DNA from: Clostridia bacterium
Lineage (GTDB): Bacteria > Bacillota > Clostridia > RGIG6154
Direction: 5' to 3'
Assembly: GCA_017409875.1 (NCBI GenBank)
Contig: JAFQRW010000008.1
Span: 181,390-245,389 of the forward strand
DNA length: 64,000 nucleotides
The position numbers were made by a program, and so were the translations under genes. Under the pieces are notes generated by a model. It was given only the letters and a program-made list of their open reading frames with translations. It was not told the origin of the DNA and ran no database searches. This document shows, one piece after another, positions 28,522 to 39,167 of the stretch (positions are counted from its first letter, which is position 1; every line of letters starts with the position of its first letter).

Positions 28522-30276
28522 ATGAAAAAATGTTTTTGTTTATTGCACACTTTGATAATGCTTGCAACAGCTTTTAGTGTCAGCGCAACTTCTCAAGGCA
28601 GAGCGATTTGGCAGGATCCGGAAAACGTTGTAGTTATCTGTGGCGAAGAAGATGCGGAGCACCAATTCTTCAGAGCCGATACTATAGACGGAGAATATGA
28701 ATATATTGGAAAATCATCTACAGGCACATTTCGTGATGACACGGCAAGCTATCCCGGTACATATTTTTATAAAATAAAAAAATATGATGCATCAGGTGAA
28801 AAAACTTACGAATCAGGTCCGATAAAGCCAGATATTTATCCGCAAGCGCTTTCAAAGGTCAGTGTGATAATGTATCATAATTTTGTGAGCGAGGAAGATG
28901 TTAAGGCGGGAGTGGAATTTGATGAGTATTCCATTAAACCGGAGGATTTTGAGGAAGATTTGCTCTGGCTTAAAAACAATGGATATGTAACAATAACCTC
29001 AGACGATTTGTTAAGGCATCTTGAAGGGAAAAAATCACTGCCGCAAAAGGCGGTTATAATTTCTATAGATGACGGCTCGTGGGGAGTATATACAAATGCA
29101 TATCCGCTTTTGAAAAAATATAATATGAAAGCTGATTTTAACATAATCGGTGCAAATATTGATAAAGCCTGGGAAAACTTAGATTCGGGAGGAACAAGAA
29201 GCGGTGAAAGTGCTCCGTATTGCACATGGGAAGAGCTTGCCCAAATGTTAGATAGCGGAAAAATCAATATATGTTCACATACATACGGACTTCATGTTTA
29301 TGATAAAGAAAAACGAATCGGAATGAGTATGATGGAAGGCGAGACTCCAGAAGATTTTGCAGATATTGTAAAAAAGGATTACAACCTTTCCGTTAGTTGT
29401 ATAGAAGGCTGGACGGGTAAAAAGCCGGAAACAGTAGCTTATCCATATTCAAAAAGAAGTGCCGAGAGCGACAAGCTCGTTCTTGAAAATACAGGATATA
29501 AGATTCTTATGGCAGGAGAAGGCGCAAGAGGTACTGCTGCAAATTATTTTGTTAAAGACTGCCACATCACAAACCAGCTTATGCTTTTAAGCAGACCTTG
29601 TAGAATGGAAGGAACTCCGATTGGAACCTATCTTGAAAGAATAGATAAAAAAGATGGTCAGAACGGAATAAACAAAAGTATAGATTTCATCAAGGTGCAA
29701 AATACCGATGAGATTGCATCGGATTATCAAATATTTGATGATGTTAAAACAAACGCATGGTTTTCGGGAAGTGTGTATTATTCGTATTTAAATAGTTTGA
29801 TGAAAGGCGTAGGCAACAAAGAGTTTGCTCCTGACGATTATATAAACAGAGCGATGGCTGCAACGCTACTTAACAGACTTTCAGGAAATGATGATGCTAA
29901 AACAAATATCATGTTTGGTGATGCAGAAGGCACAGAATGGTGGTATAATTCGGCAAAATGGGCAGCAGAAAACGGAATACTTAATGTCTTTGATGATAAA
30001 AGCTTTAAGCCTGAACAACCAATCAGCAGAGAAAACCTTGCACGGGCAATGTATAATTGCGGAAGGTATTTAAAACTTGATATGTCTGAAAAGGCAGATA
30101 TTACTAAATTTACCGATTATGCAAATATAACTCAGAAAAATAAAGATGCAGTTGCCTGGGCAGTAGCAAAGGGTATTTTTAAAGGTAACGCCGATGGAAC
30201 TTTTAATCCGTCTGGTAATGTAACAAGAGCGGAAATGTCTATGGTACTCAGAAATTGGCTCAGTAAAGGAGAGTAA
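28522..30276 (+). CDS. secreted polysaccharide deacetylase (NodB homology domain) with three C-terminal SLH domains
   Basis: Signal peptide. Deacetylase motifs (ISIDDGSWGVY, CSHTYGLH). C-terminal SLH repeats (e.g. FKGNADGTFNPSGNVTRAEMSMVL). Confidence 0.75.
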   Translation: MKKCFCLLHTLIMLATAFSVSATSQGRAIWQDPENVVVICGEEDAEHQFFRADTIDGEYEYIGKSSTGTFRDDTASYPGTYFYKIKKYDASGEKTYESGPIKPDIYPQALSKVSVIMYHNFVSEEDVKAGVEFDEYSIKPEDFEEDLLWLKNNGYVTITSDDLLRHLEGKKSLPQKAVIISIDDGSWGVYTNAYPLLKKYNMKADFNIIGANIDKAWENLDSGGTRSGESAPYCTWEELAQMLDSGKINICSHTYGLHVYDKEKRIGMSMMEGETPEDFADIVKKDYNLSVSCIEGWTGKKPETVAYPYSKRSAESDKLVLENTGYKILMAGEGARGTAANYFVKDCHITNQLMLLSRPCRMEGTPIGTYLERIDKKDGQNGINKSIDFIKVQNTDEIASDYQIFDDVKTNAWFSGSVYYSYLNSLMKGVGNKEFAPDDYINRAMAATLLNRLSGNDDAKTNIMFGDAEGTEWWYNSAKWAAENGILNVFDDKSFKPEQPISRENLARAMYNCGRYLKLDMSEKADITKFTDYANITQKNKDAVAWAVAKGIFKGNADGTFNPSGNVTRAEMSMVLRNWLSKGE

Positions 30277-30278
30277 AA

Positions 30279-30959
30279 ATGAGAAGTCAGATTTTTAATT
30301 TAATTAAAGACCAGTCAACACTTACGTGGGAGCAGATTGTTGCAAATATTATCGTTTCGGGAATTTTAGGATTATTGATTTTCATATCCTATATGATTTC
30401 ACACCGTGGAACGATTTACAGTAAAAAGTTTAATGTTTCACTCGTTGTGCTTACGGTTCTTACCTCAATGGTTATGACGGTTATTGGCAACAATGTTGCA
30501 CTGTCGCTTGGTATGGTAGGTGCACTTTCTATTGTTCGTTTCAGAACGGCCATTAAAGATTCAAGGGACACGGTTTACATATTCTGGACAATAATTGTAG
30601 GTATCTGCTGCGGTGTTGGTGACTTTATTGTTGCAGGTATTGGAAGCGGTTTTGTATTTATTCTTCTCCTCATCTTTGGAGCAATTAAAAATAACAATCG
30701 TATGCTTGTGATTATCCGGGGAGAAAGAACAAAGGAAGCACAGATTCAGGCAGTGATGTATAAATTTTTTGGTGCAAAAGCGGTTTTAAGAGTTAAAAAC
30801 TCAACAGATACATCTATTGAATTTATCTATGAAATTACACAGAAATTGCTTTTGCAGGCGGAAAGAAAAAACAATATTGCAATCAATGACGAAATTTATA
30901 AAATCGGCAATATTGACTACGTAAACGCAGTAATGCAAAACGATGAAATTTCCAACTGA
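30279..30959 (+). CDS. DUF4956 domain-containing membrane protein
   Basis: 226 aa. TM helices then SIVRFRTAIKDSRDTVYIFW, characteristic of DUF4956, the usual partner of VTC-domain proteins. Confidence 0.65.
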   Translation: MRSQIFNLIKDQSTLTWEQIVANIIVSGILGLLIFISYMISHRGTIYSKKFNVSLVVLTVLTSMVMTVIGNNVALSLGMVGALSIVRFRTAIKDSRDTVYIFWTIIVGICCGVGDFIVAGIGSGFVFILLLIFGAIKNNNRMLVIIRGERTKEAQIQAVMYKFFGAKAVLRVKNSTDTSIEFIYEITQKLLLQAERKNNIAINDEIYKIGNIDYVNAVMQNDEISN

Positions 30960-30978
30960 TTTTTAGGAGGTGTAAGGG

Positions 30979-32460
30979 TTGAAATATAAGTTAATAGGAT
31001 TATTATCAGTAGCCCTTACGCTGATTGCAATAATCTTTATAAGCCGGTCTATGCCTGAAGATAATGGCACAAGATACATAGAACATATTATGGCAGAAGA
31101 AAAAGAGGCTTGCAAGTTACACGAAAATGATACCATTTGCACGCATCTGCCTATTGTAAATATAAATACAAACGGGACAGAAATTCCCGGAAAACCTATA
31201 TATGACGAAGAGTTTAGAGTTATAGATTATACTTTGGCAACAGATGGCACAACTACAATAAAAGCATCTTTAGATGTGATAAACAATGAAAAAGCGTATA
31301 ATCATCTGACCGACCCGAAAACAGATATGGGCGAGGTAATGATAAGGGTAAGAGGCCATTCGTCAAGAAGATTTGAAAAGGCAAATTATTTTATTCGCTT
31401 TATAGATTCTGCAGGAGAAAATAACCTGCAGGAGTTTTTGGGAATGGATGCACACCACGAATGGGCGCTTCACGGGCCGTTCCTTGATAAAACGCTTATC
31501 CGTAATTATATGTGGTATAACATAGCAGGAGAAATGATGGAATACAGCCCCAATGTTAGATTTTGCGAGCTTCTTATTAACGGAGAATACAGAGGCCTTT
31601 ATCTTGCAACGGAGATGATTACAGCTGGGAAAGAAGGCGCAAGACTATCTCTTTCTGTAAACAAAAAAGATAACACTTTTTCGGGTTATGCTCTTCGCCT
31701 TGACTGGGGAGACACCGATGAGGCAAACAAGCTCTATCCTTTTACAAATTATACAACAAGAGCAAAAACACAACACGAGCTTGTATATCCCGGAACAAAA
31801 AATATGACACCGGAATTAAAAGAAGCTATAAAGAATGAGTTTTCATTATTTGAAAAAACGCTTTATTCTTATGACTACAACAATGAAAAATACGGATACA
31901 AAAATTATATAGATACCGATTCATTTGTAGATTATTTTCTGATAAACGAGTTGACTTGTAATTACGATGCAGGCTCACTTTCAACTTATATCTATAAAGA
32001 CACTCCGGGCAAATATAAAATGTGTGTGTGGGACTTTAACTCAGCCTGCGATTTGTATCAGGAAAGTGCTGTTGTCACAGAATCTTTTAATTTAAATTCC
32101 AGATTGTATTTTCAAATGCTTTTTATGGATGATGAATTTACCGACAAGGTAGTAAATAGATATCACGAACTTAGAAAAACTGTTTTCAGTGAAGAGTATT
32201 TAATGAACTTTATTGATGATACTGTAGAGTATTTAAAGCCTGCTATCAAAAGAAATTACGATAAATGGGGTTATACGTTTAGCCCAGAATATGACCTTTT
32301 GCATCCTTCCGGAAGAAACTTAAGGACATACGAAGAGTATTTGATGCAACTAAAAGATTTTATCAAAAAAAGGCTTGCATTTATGGACGAAAATATCGAG
32401 TCACTTAAACAAAACAGTACAGAATCAAAAACTAAAAAATATAATGAAGTTTCAGATTAA
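30979..32460 (+). CDS. cotH: CotH kinase family protein (spore coat protein H-like atypical protein kinase)
   Basis: 493 aa. N-terminal TM or signal anchor. CotH-family core (e.g. MIRVRGHSSRRFEKANYFIRF, WDFNSACD). TTG start after AGGAGG. Confidence 0.7.
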   Translation: MKYKLIGLLSVALTLIAIIFISRSMPEDNGTRYIEHIMAEEKEACKLHENDTICTHLPIVNINTNGTEIPGKPIYDEEFRVIDYTLATDGTTTIKASLDVINNEKAYNHLTDPKTDMGEVMIRVRGHSSRRFEKANYFIRFIDSAGENNLQEFLGMDAHHEWALHGPFLDKTLIRNYMWYNIAGEMMEYSPNVRFCELLINGEYRGLYLATEMITAGKEGARLSLSVNKKDNTFSGYALRLDWGDTDEANKLYPFTNYTTRAKTQHELVYPGTKNMTPELKEAIKNEFSLFEKTLYSYDYNNEKYGYKNYIDTDSFVDYFLINELTCNYDAGSLSTYIYKDTPGKYKMCVWDFNSACDLYQESAVVTESFNLNSRLYFQMLFMDDEFTDKVVNRYHELRKTVFSEEYLMNFIDDTVEYLKPAIKRNYDKWGYTFSPEYDLLHPSGRNLRTYEEYLMQLKDFIKKRLAFMDENIESLKQNSTESKTKKYNEVSD

Positions 32461-32480
32461 ATGAAAAGGAGGTACAGGTT

Positions 32481-34655
32481 TTGAAAAAGTTTATTATTAT
32501 AATATCGCTGATTATACTTGTACTTCTTGGTTTTGATTGGCTTTACTTTTACGAGGGCGTGTATTTTAATTCCGGAAAAGAAAAGCCTATAGAATATTTT
32601 ACGAAGGTGGACGGCGAAGAAATTTATATAAAAAAGGATGATTCCTTTGAATCTTATGAGATTCGAGGCGTCAATTTAGGTTCAGGGATTCCCGGTGAGT
32701 GGGCAACATCTTTTGCAATAGATGAAGAGACTTATCTGAGATGGTTTAAATATATTCAGGATATGGGTGCAAATACCATTCGCATTTACACCATTCAAAA
32801 CGACACTTTCTATAATGCCTTTTATCAATACAACAAAGATAACGAAAATCCGCTTTATCTTATCCACGGCGTATGGGTGAATGACTATGTTTTGAACTCT
32901 CACAGAGATGCATACAGTAAGGATTTTTATGATTTGTTTTTAGAACACAGCAAAGTAATGGTTGATGTTATTCATGGCAAAAGGAAATTGAATCTTGGCA
33001 GAGTTGCCAGCGCCGGTCACGGTACATACCAAAATGACATATCCGATTGGGTTATAGGCTATATTTTAGGTGTTGAGTGGGACGATTCAACCGTTGCTTA
33101 CACAGATGATTTGTATAAGGGAATAGAGGGTTATTCATCCTACAAAGGCGAGTATATGTATACATCCCCTGATGCCACTCCATTTGAAACGATGCTTACA
33201 ATGGTAGGGGACAAGGTTATTGAGTATGAAACAAAGCGCTATGGCGAGCAGAGGCTTGTTGCATTTTCAAACTGGCCCACAACAGACCCGTTTGAGTATC
33301 CGCAAATTATCAAGGAGTTCTTTATGAAATGTGCCCGTGTAGATACGGAGCATATTAAGACAACTGATGCGTTTATTCCCGGTCAGTTTGCTTCATACCA
33401 TGTTTATCCTTACTATCCTTATTATTTAAGCTTTGCAGAGGACTGGTCTGTATTTGGCATTGAGTCAAAGGATACTTTCCGTAATGAAGAGGGAAATGTC
33501 AATGCATACCGTGCATATCTTACAATGCTCAATAACCACCATACAATGCCTGTTGTAATATCCGAATTTGGTGTATCTACCGGAAGAGGCATGGCACAAG
33601 TCGATAAAGACACCGGCAGAAATCAGGGTAACACATCAGAACAAAAGCAAGGTCAGGCTCTTGTTGAGTGTTGGGAAGATATTAAAATCACAGGTTGTAA
33701 CGGCGGATGCGTGTTTACCTGGCAGGACGAATGGTTTAAGCGCACATGGAACACAATGCACGCAGTAAATCTTACAAGAACTGCTTATTGGTCTGACTAT
33801 CAGACAAACGAGCAGTATTTCGGGCTTTTGTCATTTGACCCCGGAAACGAAAAGAGCGTTTGCTATGTGGATGGCGATGTTTCAGAGTGGACTGATAGTG
33901 ATATAATTCAAAGCGGGAACACCGAACTTTCGGTTAAATATGACGAAAAGTTTATATATTTTCTTGTAAAAAAAGACGGGCTTGATTTTGAAAATGAGGT
34001 TTTATATATTCCTGTTGATGTAACCGAAAAAACAGGCAGTAATTACTGCAAAAACTTTGATGTGAAATTTGCAAGAGATGCGGATTTTGTTATTGTTTTA
34101 AACGGAAAAGATAACAGCCGTATTATGGTGCAGGAACGCTATGATGCCCTTCGTTCAACCTATTCGAAGGATATTCATAAATTCGATACATATCTTAAAG
34201 AGAATGTTCCCGATAAAAATTCTTCTTTATTTGTAAATGTTGAATTGATACTTCGTACCGCAATCGCACTTTCGCCCGAAACTAAGGAGACGGTTGCAGA
34301 GGCTTACGAAACAGGAAAACTTTTGTACGGTAATGCAAATCCCGAGAGCAGAGATTTTAATTCTCTTGCGGATTTTTGCGTGGGCGGGGATTATATTGAA
34401 ATCAAACTCCCTTGGCAGCTTTTAAACTTTGCAGACCCGTCTAAAATGCTTGTTCACGATGACTATTATGACGGAAATTACGGAATTGAATATATAAGCG
34501 TTGATAAGATATATGCAGGCGTTGGTACTGGAAATGACAGAATTTCACTTGATGAAATTAAACTTAAAGGCTGGGGTAACAAGGTAACCTATCACGAAAG
34601 ATTAAAAAGTTCATATTATATAATGCAGAATTTATGGAAGGAGGGCGCAGAATAA
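32481..34655 (+). CDS. hypothetical membrane-anchored protein, putative TIM-barrel glycoside hydrolase-like (clan GH-A-like)
   Basis: 724 aa. N-terminal TM. IRGVNLGSGIPGEWATSF...ANTIRIY resembles the start of a (beta/alpha)8 glycosidase. VVISEFGV resembles a GH-A nucleophile motif. C-terminal beta-rich region of about 300 aa. Confidence 0.4.
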   Translation: MKKFIIIISLIILVLLGFDWLYFYEGVYFNSGKEKPIEYFTKVDGEEIYIKKDDSFESYEIRGVNLGSGIPGEWATSFAIDEETYLRWFKYIQDMGANTIRIYTIQNDTFYNAFYQYNKDNENPLYLIHGVWVNDYVLNSHRDAYSKDFYDLFLEHSKVMVDVIHGKRKLNLGRVASAGHGTYQNDISDWVIGYILGVEWDDSTVAYTDDLYKGIEGYSSYKGEYMYTSPDATPFETMLTMVGDKVIEYETKRYGEQRLVAFSNWPTTDPFEYPQIIKEFFMKCARVDTEHIKTTDAFIPGQFASYHVYPYYPYYLSFAEDWSVFGIESKDTFRNEEGNVNAYRAYLTMLNNHHTMPVVISEFGVSTGRGMAQVDKDTGRNQGNTSEQKQGQALVECWEDIKITGCNGGCVFTWQDEWFKRTWNTMHAVNLTRTAYWSDYQTNEQYFGLLSFDPGNEKSVCYVDGDVSEWTDSDIIQSGNTELSVKYDEKFIYFLVKKDGLDFENEVLYIPVDVTEKTGSNYCKNFDVKFARDADFVIVLNGKDNSRIMVQERYDALRSTYSKDIHKFDTYLKENVPDKNSSLFVNVELILRTAIALSPETKETVAEAYETGKLLYGNANPESRDFNSLADFCVGGDYIEIKLPWQLLNFADPSKMLVHDDYYDGNYGIEYISVDKIYAGVGTGNDRISLDEIKLKGWGNKVTYHERLKSSYYIMQNLWKEGAE

Positions 34656-35761
34656 TGAAAATAGAAATTATGATTTATACTTATATTGCAATTTGCGTAA
34701 GTATGATTTTGTATAATATAATCTATATTTTCGTTTTAAAGCACAGACAGCGCGCCCTTGTTATTGATTCCGAAAAATTAAAGAAAATATTAACTGAACA
34801 AATAGACATACTCAAAAAAGGCGAAGAGATATCCGAAAAGCATAAAAAGTTTCTTTGCCGTGAACTTGATAAAACTGCGGGAATTACCGCTTTTGACAAA
34901 GCACTTGAAGTAGTGTTTGATAAAGAGGAAGAATTTACCGAAAAATACCTTGTGGATACTTTCTCTGTTTTTGAAATTCTCACTCATAGATACATAACCA
35001 AGGATACACTTAAAATTGCATACTTCCCATACATACTGCACAAGTACAATATTTTAAAACATCACGAAGGCGAAAGGCTTACATCAGCACTTTTTGACAT
35101 TTTGCGTTCTGTAAATGTATATTGCAGAGAAAACACGCTAAAAGCACTTTACAGTATGCAAAAACCTGATATTGTTGGGAGAGCACTTAAAGTTATCGAT
35201 ACAAATCTTTCATTTCATCATCCCAAGCTCATAAGTGATGGTCTTATGTTTTATAAGGGTGACAGGGAGGAGCTTAAAAACACACTTTTTAGATACTTTA
35301 AAGATTACTCTGTGCAGATGCGGGTTGATATCTTAAATTACTTCAGATTTGCAGGCGTAAGATGTGATGATGAAATGCTGGAGTTATTAAAAAACGAGAA
35401 GGAAAACAATGAAATCAGGTTTTCTGCTATTCGTTATTTTGAAAAATTTCCATTAAGCGATGCAGAACCTGTCATATTAAATTTAGCAGAGAATCTGGAA
35501 AATCGCACATGGGAATATCAGGCGATTGCAACCTCGGCACTAAAATCCTATCCGGGGGATACGACATTTAGAATTTTAGTAAAAAATCTTTCCAGCTCAA
35601 ACTGGCATATAAGACAAAACAGTGCCATTTCCTGCGAAAAGCTTGGTTATACATATCAGGACTTAATAAATGTGTTTGACGGAAATGACAGATATGCAAG
35701 AGAGATTATCAGGTATCGTCTTGACAGAAGAAATGCAGAGGAAGAGGCGGTGAAAGCATAA
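34655..35761 (+). CDS. HEAT-repeat (PBS lyase-like) membrane-anchored protein, hypothetical
   Basis: ATG at 34655 overlaps the upstream stop (TAATG). N-terminal TM. Repeated alpha-helical HEAT-like units (e.g. NWHIRQNSAISCEKLG). Confidence 0.45.
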   Translation: MKIEIMIYTYIAICVSMILYNIIYIFVLKHRQRALVIDSEKLKKILTEQIDILKKGEEISEKHKKFLCRELDKTAGITAFDKALEVVFDKEEEFTEKYLVDTFSVFEILTHRYITKDTLKIAYFPYILHKYNILKHHEGERLTSALFDILRSVNVYCRENTLKALYSMQKPDIVGRALKVIDTNLSFHHPKLISDGLMFYKGDREELKNTLFRYFKDYSVQMRVDILNYFRFAGVRCDDEMLELLKNEKENNEIRFSAIRYFEKFPLSDAEPVILNLAENLENRTWEYQAIATSALKSYPGDTTFRILVKNLSSSNWHIRQNSAISCEKLGYTYQDLINVFDGNDRYAREIIRYRLDRRNAEEEAVKA

Positions 35762-37164
35762 TGCAGATGGAATTAATTAAGCAAATTTTTGATGTTATCG
35801 GCGTTTGCTTCATCGTTTATTTAATTGGCTACTCCACATTTTTGTTTTTATCGGTGGTGGTTGGTGCAACCACTCTTTATAAAAGAAAAATGCAGGACAG
35901 ACTTATGAATAAGTTTGCCGAGAACTATTTTGTGCCAATAACAATAGTTACCCCTGCTTACAATGAAGAAGTTACCGTTGTGCAGACTGTAAAGTCGCTT
36001 TTAACCCTTGATTACAAGCTTTATGAAATTATTGTGGTGGATGACGGCTCAAAGGATAGCACATCACAGCAGTTAATTGATGCTTATAATATGCATCCTG
36101 TAAGAAGACCTCTTCACAGGTCTATTGACTGCCAGCCTGTAGAATTTATATATGAATCCCACGAACAAAAAGTACCGCTTACACTCATCCGTAAGAAAAA
36201 CGGCGGGAAAGCAGATGCACTTAATATGGGTATCAATGCTGCACAATATCCGTATTTTATATGTATGGATGCCGACTCGGTTTTGCAGTACGACTCACTA
36301 AAAAAACTGGTTGTACCTGTTTTGGAAGAAGAAAATGTGGTTGCAGTCGGCGGAACGGTAAGACCGTCTAACGATGTGGAACTTTATGAGGGCAGGGTTG
36401 TAAAATACAGACTCCCTAAAAACATATTGGCTTGTATGCAGCTTTTAGAATATGACCGCTCATTTTTAGCATCAAGAATACTGTTTGACAGATTCAACGG
36501 CTCTTTAATTATCTCAGGAGCATTTGGAATGTTCAAAAAAGAAACAGTTATTGCAGCGGGCGGATATGACCATGGCACAATGGGCGAGGATATGGAGCTT
36601 GTGGTAAAACTTCATTCCTACTGTCTTACAAATAAAATTCCTTATTCCATCAAATACGCAACCGATGCGGTTTGTTGGACGCAGGTGCCCGAAAAGCTCG
36701 GCGACCTTAAAAAACAAAGAAAACGTTGGCATTTGGGACTTTTTCAGACAATGTGGAAGCATAAAAAGATGATGGCTAATCCAAAATACGGAGCAGTTGG
36801 CTTTGTATCATATATGTATTTTCTTTTATATGAATTGCTTTCACCCTTTATTGAAGTTTTCGGAGTGTTTACAATGATTGCAGCATACCTAATTGACCTT
36901 TTGAACTTGCCGTTTATGCTACTATTTATGCTGATTTATGCTTCATATAACTCTATACTCACTTTGACGGCGTTCTTTTCAAGAATACAGACAATTGACT
37001 TAACGGTAAAACCAAGTGATTGTCTTAGAGCAATAATGCTTTGCTTTTTTGAGGTTACTACACTTAGGTTTATTATGGCGTTTGTTCGACTTACAGCATT
37101 TAAAGGGTACAAAAAGAAAAAGCTTGATTGGGGACGAATTGAGCGAAAGAAAATGAATATTTAA
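35761..37164 (+). CDS. processive membrane glycosyltransferase family 2 synthase (cellulose synthase / PgaC / YdaM-like)
   Basis: 467 aa. N-terminal TM. GT2 domain (VTPAYNEEVTVV...VVDDGSKDST, DAD). QxxRW motif (QRKRW). Four C-terminal TM helices. Confidence 0.8.
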   Translation: MQMELIKQIFDVIGVCFIVYLIGYSTFLFLSVVVGATTLYKRKMQDRLMNKFAENYFVPITIVTPAYNEEVTVVQTVKSLLTLDYKLYEIIVVDDGSKDSTSQQLIDAYNMHPVRRPLHRSIDCQPVEFIYESHEQKVPLTLIRKKNGGKADALNMGINAAQYPYFICMDADSVLQYDSLKKLVVPVLEEENVVAVGGTVRPSNDVELYEGRVVKYRLPKNILACMQLLEYDRSFLASRILFDRFNGSLIISGAFGMFKKETVIAAGGYDHGTMGEDMELVVKLHSYCLTNKIPYSIKYATDAVCWTQVPEKLGDLKKQRKRWHLGLFQTMWKHKKMMANPKYGAVGFVSYMYFLLYELLSPFIEVFGVFTMIAAYLIDLLNLPFMLLFMLIYASYNSILTLTAFFSRIQTIDLTVKPSDCLRAIMLCFFEVTTLRFIMAFVRLTAFKGYKKKKLDWGRIERKKMNI

Positions 37165-37182
37165 GGAGGCTCTGCAAGAAAA

Positions 37183-39063
37183 ATGAAAAAGTTTATATTG
37201 CTCTTACTAGCAGTGTTTGCATTTTTTGTGCAGCCAGTTTTTGCAGAGGTTATAACTACACACAGTACAGAGGGTTATGCAAGTTACCTTTATGTTGCAG
37301 GAAATCCGGATAATTACCCAATAGAATATTACGATGAAGATGAAAAAGCATATAAGGGTGTTATACCCGATTTGCTAAGTAAAATTTCTGAACATTCAGG
37401 ACTTGATTTTGTCTATATTAACGGAAATAAAAACGAAAGATATGAGATGGGCGAAAATCTTCAGGCGGATATCATTTCATCACTAGAGACAAATACTTCC
37501 TACGGCAAGGAGTATCTCGAACTGATTTCTTATGAAAATTACGGAAAAACCCAAAAAACAGGTCTTGTTTTTACAACACTTGCAGATGATAATATAATTA
37601 CCAAGATTAAAACTGCCTTAAACGAAATATCCCTTGATGAAAGAAATGGTATATACCTGTCCTATGCATCACAAACCTCAAAAACAAGCTATAAATGGAT
37701 AATAGGCACACTTTTGTTGTCCTTCATCCTTCTTGCTTTTGTTGTGTTTTTGTTTTTACATATCAAAAGAATGCGAAAAGAAAACGAAGTTGACAAAATG
37801 ACAGATGCAGAAACAGGAATGGGAAATCTGCAGTTTTTCAAATATCATTTCAGGCACACTATAGGGGACATTTCCAGAAATCTGTACCACATTGCATATA
37901 TTATCTTAGACAGTAGTTACCTCCGTTCCTATCATGGCGACAGTTCATTTGATGAGGTTTTAAAATACACAGCATCTGTTCTGTCAGAACACGCAGGTGA
38001 CAGAGAAATACCTGCGCGAATTACCGAAAACGGATTTGCCCTTGCGTATCAGTCTACAAATGACGAAGATGCAAAAAATAGACTCAAAGAAATTATGGAT
38101 AAACTTAACAGCTTTGAGGGCGTGAAGGATAAAAGCAACAAGCTTGTTTTCCACGCAGCAACCTATCATCTTGCACAGACAGACAGAAACTGTGAAATTT
38201 TGCTATTTAATCTGAGAAAGAACTGTAACGCTATTTTTGGAACCGATAACCAGATTATGTATTGTGACACCCATTCTATGAATTTGGTTCAGGAGGAAAA
38301 GAAAATTACAGAAAGCATTTTAAAGGGCTTTGAAAACAATGAATTTAAGATGTATATGCAGTTTATTGTTGATAACAAAACAAAAAACATTGTGTCAGCA
38401 GAAGCACTTTCAAGATGGGACAGTCATGAAAAAGGACTGATAGGTCCGGGTAAATATATAAAAAATATGGAAAATTCAGGGATGATTTCAAGACACGATT
38501 TTTATATGTTTGAGTGTGCTTGCCGCCAGCTTGAAAAATGGAAGGATACGAAATACGGCCACATCACGATTTCCTGCAACTTTACAAGAATAACTCTTTC
38601 TGAGGAAAACTTTATAGATAAGCTCAAGATGATTTCCGACGGATACAATTTTGATAAATCAAAAATAGCCATAGAAATTACTGAGGATGCTATCGAAAAG
38701 GACAGAGAAACTGCAACAAATAATGTTAGACTTTGTAAGGAGCTCGGCTTTAAAATTTACCTTGATGACTTGGGAAGTGGTTATACATCCCTTGCAAATT
38801 TATGTGATTATCCTATTGATGTAGTTAAGATTGACCGTGATATTCTGCTTAAAACCGAGTCAGAAAATGGCAAAAAATTATTTGCCGGAATCATAGCTCT
38901 TGCTCATAATATGGACATAAAAGTTATTTGCGAAGGCGTTGAAACAGAAATGCACAACGCACTTGTGTCGGAATCTGATTGCGATTTCGTTCAAGGATGG
39001 TATTACTCAAAAACACTTCCGTTGGAAGAATGTGAGTCGTTTATATCATCAAAATCTATTTAA
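37183..39063 (+). CDS. membrane c-di-GMP phosphodiesterase (periplasmic domain, TM, degenerate GGDEF, EAL)
   Basis: 626 aa. Signal peptide and TM at about aa 165-190. GGDEF-like domain lacking the GGDEF motif. EAL domain with EALSRW, DDLGSGYTS and EGVE motifs. Confidence 0.75.
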   Translation: MKKFILLLLAVFAFFVQPVFAEVITTHSTEGYASYLYVAGNPDNYPIEYYDEDEKAYKGVIPDLLSKISEHSGLDFVYINGNKNERYEMGENLQADIISSLETNTSYGKEYLELISYENYGKTQKTGLVFTTLADDNIITKIKTALNEISLDERNGIYLSYASQTSKTSYKWIIGTLLLSFILLAFVVFLFLHIKRMRKENEVDKMTDAETGMGNLQFFKYHFRHTIGDISRNLYHIAYIILDSSYLRSYHGDSSFDEVLKYTASVLSEHAGDREIPARITENGFALAYQSTNDEDAKNRLKEIMDKLNSFEGVKDKSNKLVFHAATYHLAQTDRNCEILLFNLRKNCNAIFGTDNQIMYCDTHSMNLVQEEKKITESILKGFENNEFKMYMQFIVDNKTKNIVSAEALSRWDSHEKGLIGPGKYIKNMENSGMISRHDFYMFECACRQLEKWKDTKYGHITISCNFTRITLSEENFIDKLKMISDGYNFDKSKIAIEITEDAIEKDRETATNNVRLCKELGFKIYLDDLGSGYTSLANLCDYPIDVVKIDRDILLKTESENGKKLFAGIIALAHNMDIKVICEGVETEMHNALVSESDCDFVQGWYYSKTLPLEECESFISSKSI

Positions 39064-39096
39064 CTTGCAGTTAAAAATTGTACTTATAAGAAAAAG

Positions 39097-39140
39097 GCAA
39101 TGAGCATAACCCGTGTGGGTTACGCTCATTGCTTTTTTGT
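39097..39140 (+). terminator. strong rho-independent terminator ending the operon
   Basis: GCAATGAGCATAACCC-gtgt-GGGTTACGCTCATTGC then TTTTTTG. Confidence 0.85.
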
Positions 39141-39167
39141 TTATGTCTTTGGTTTTTAAAGAACAGT

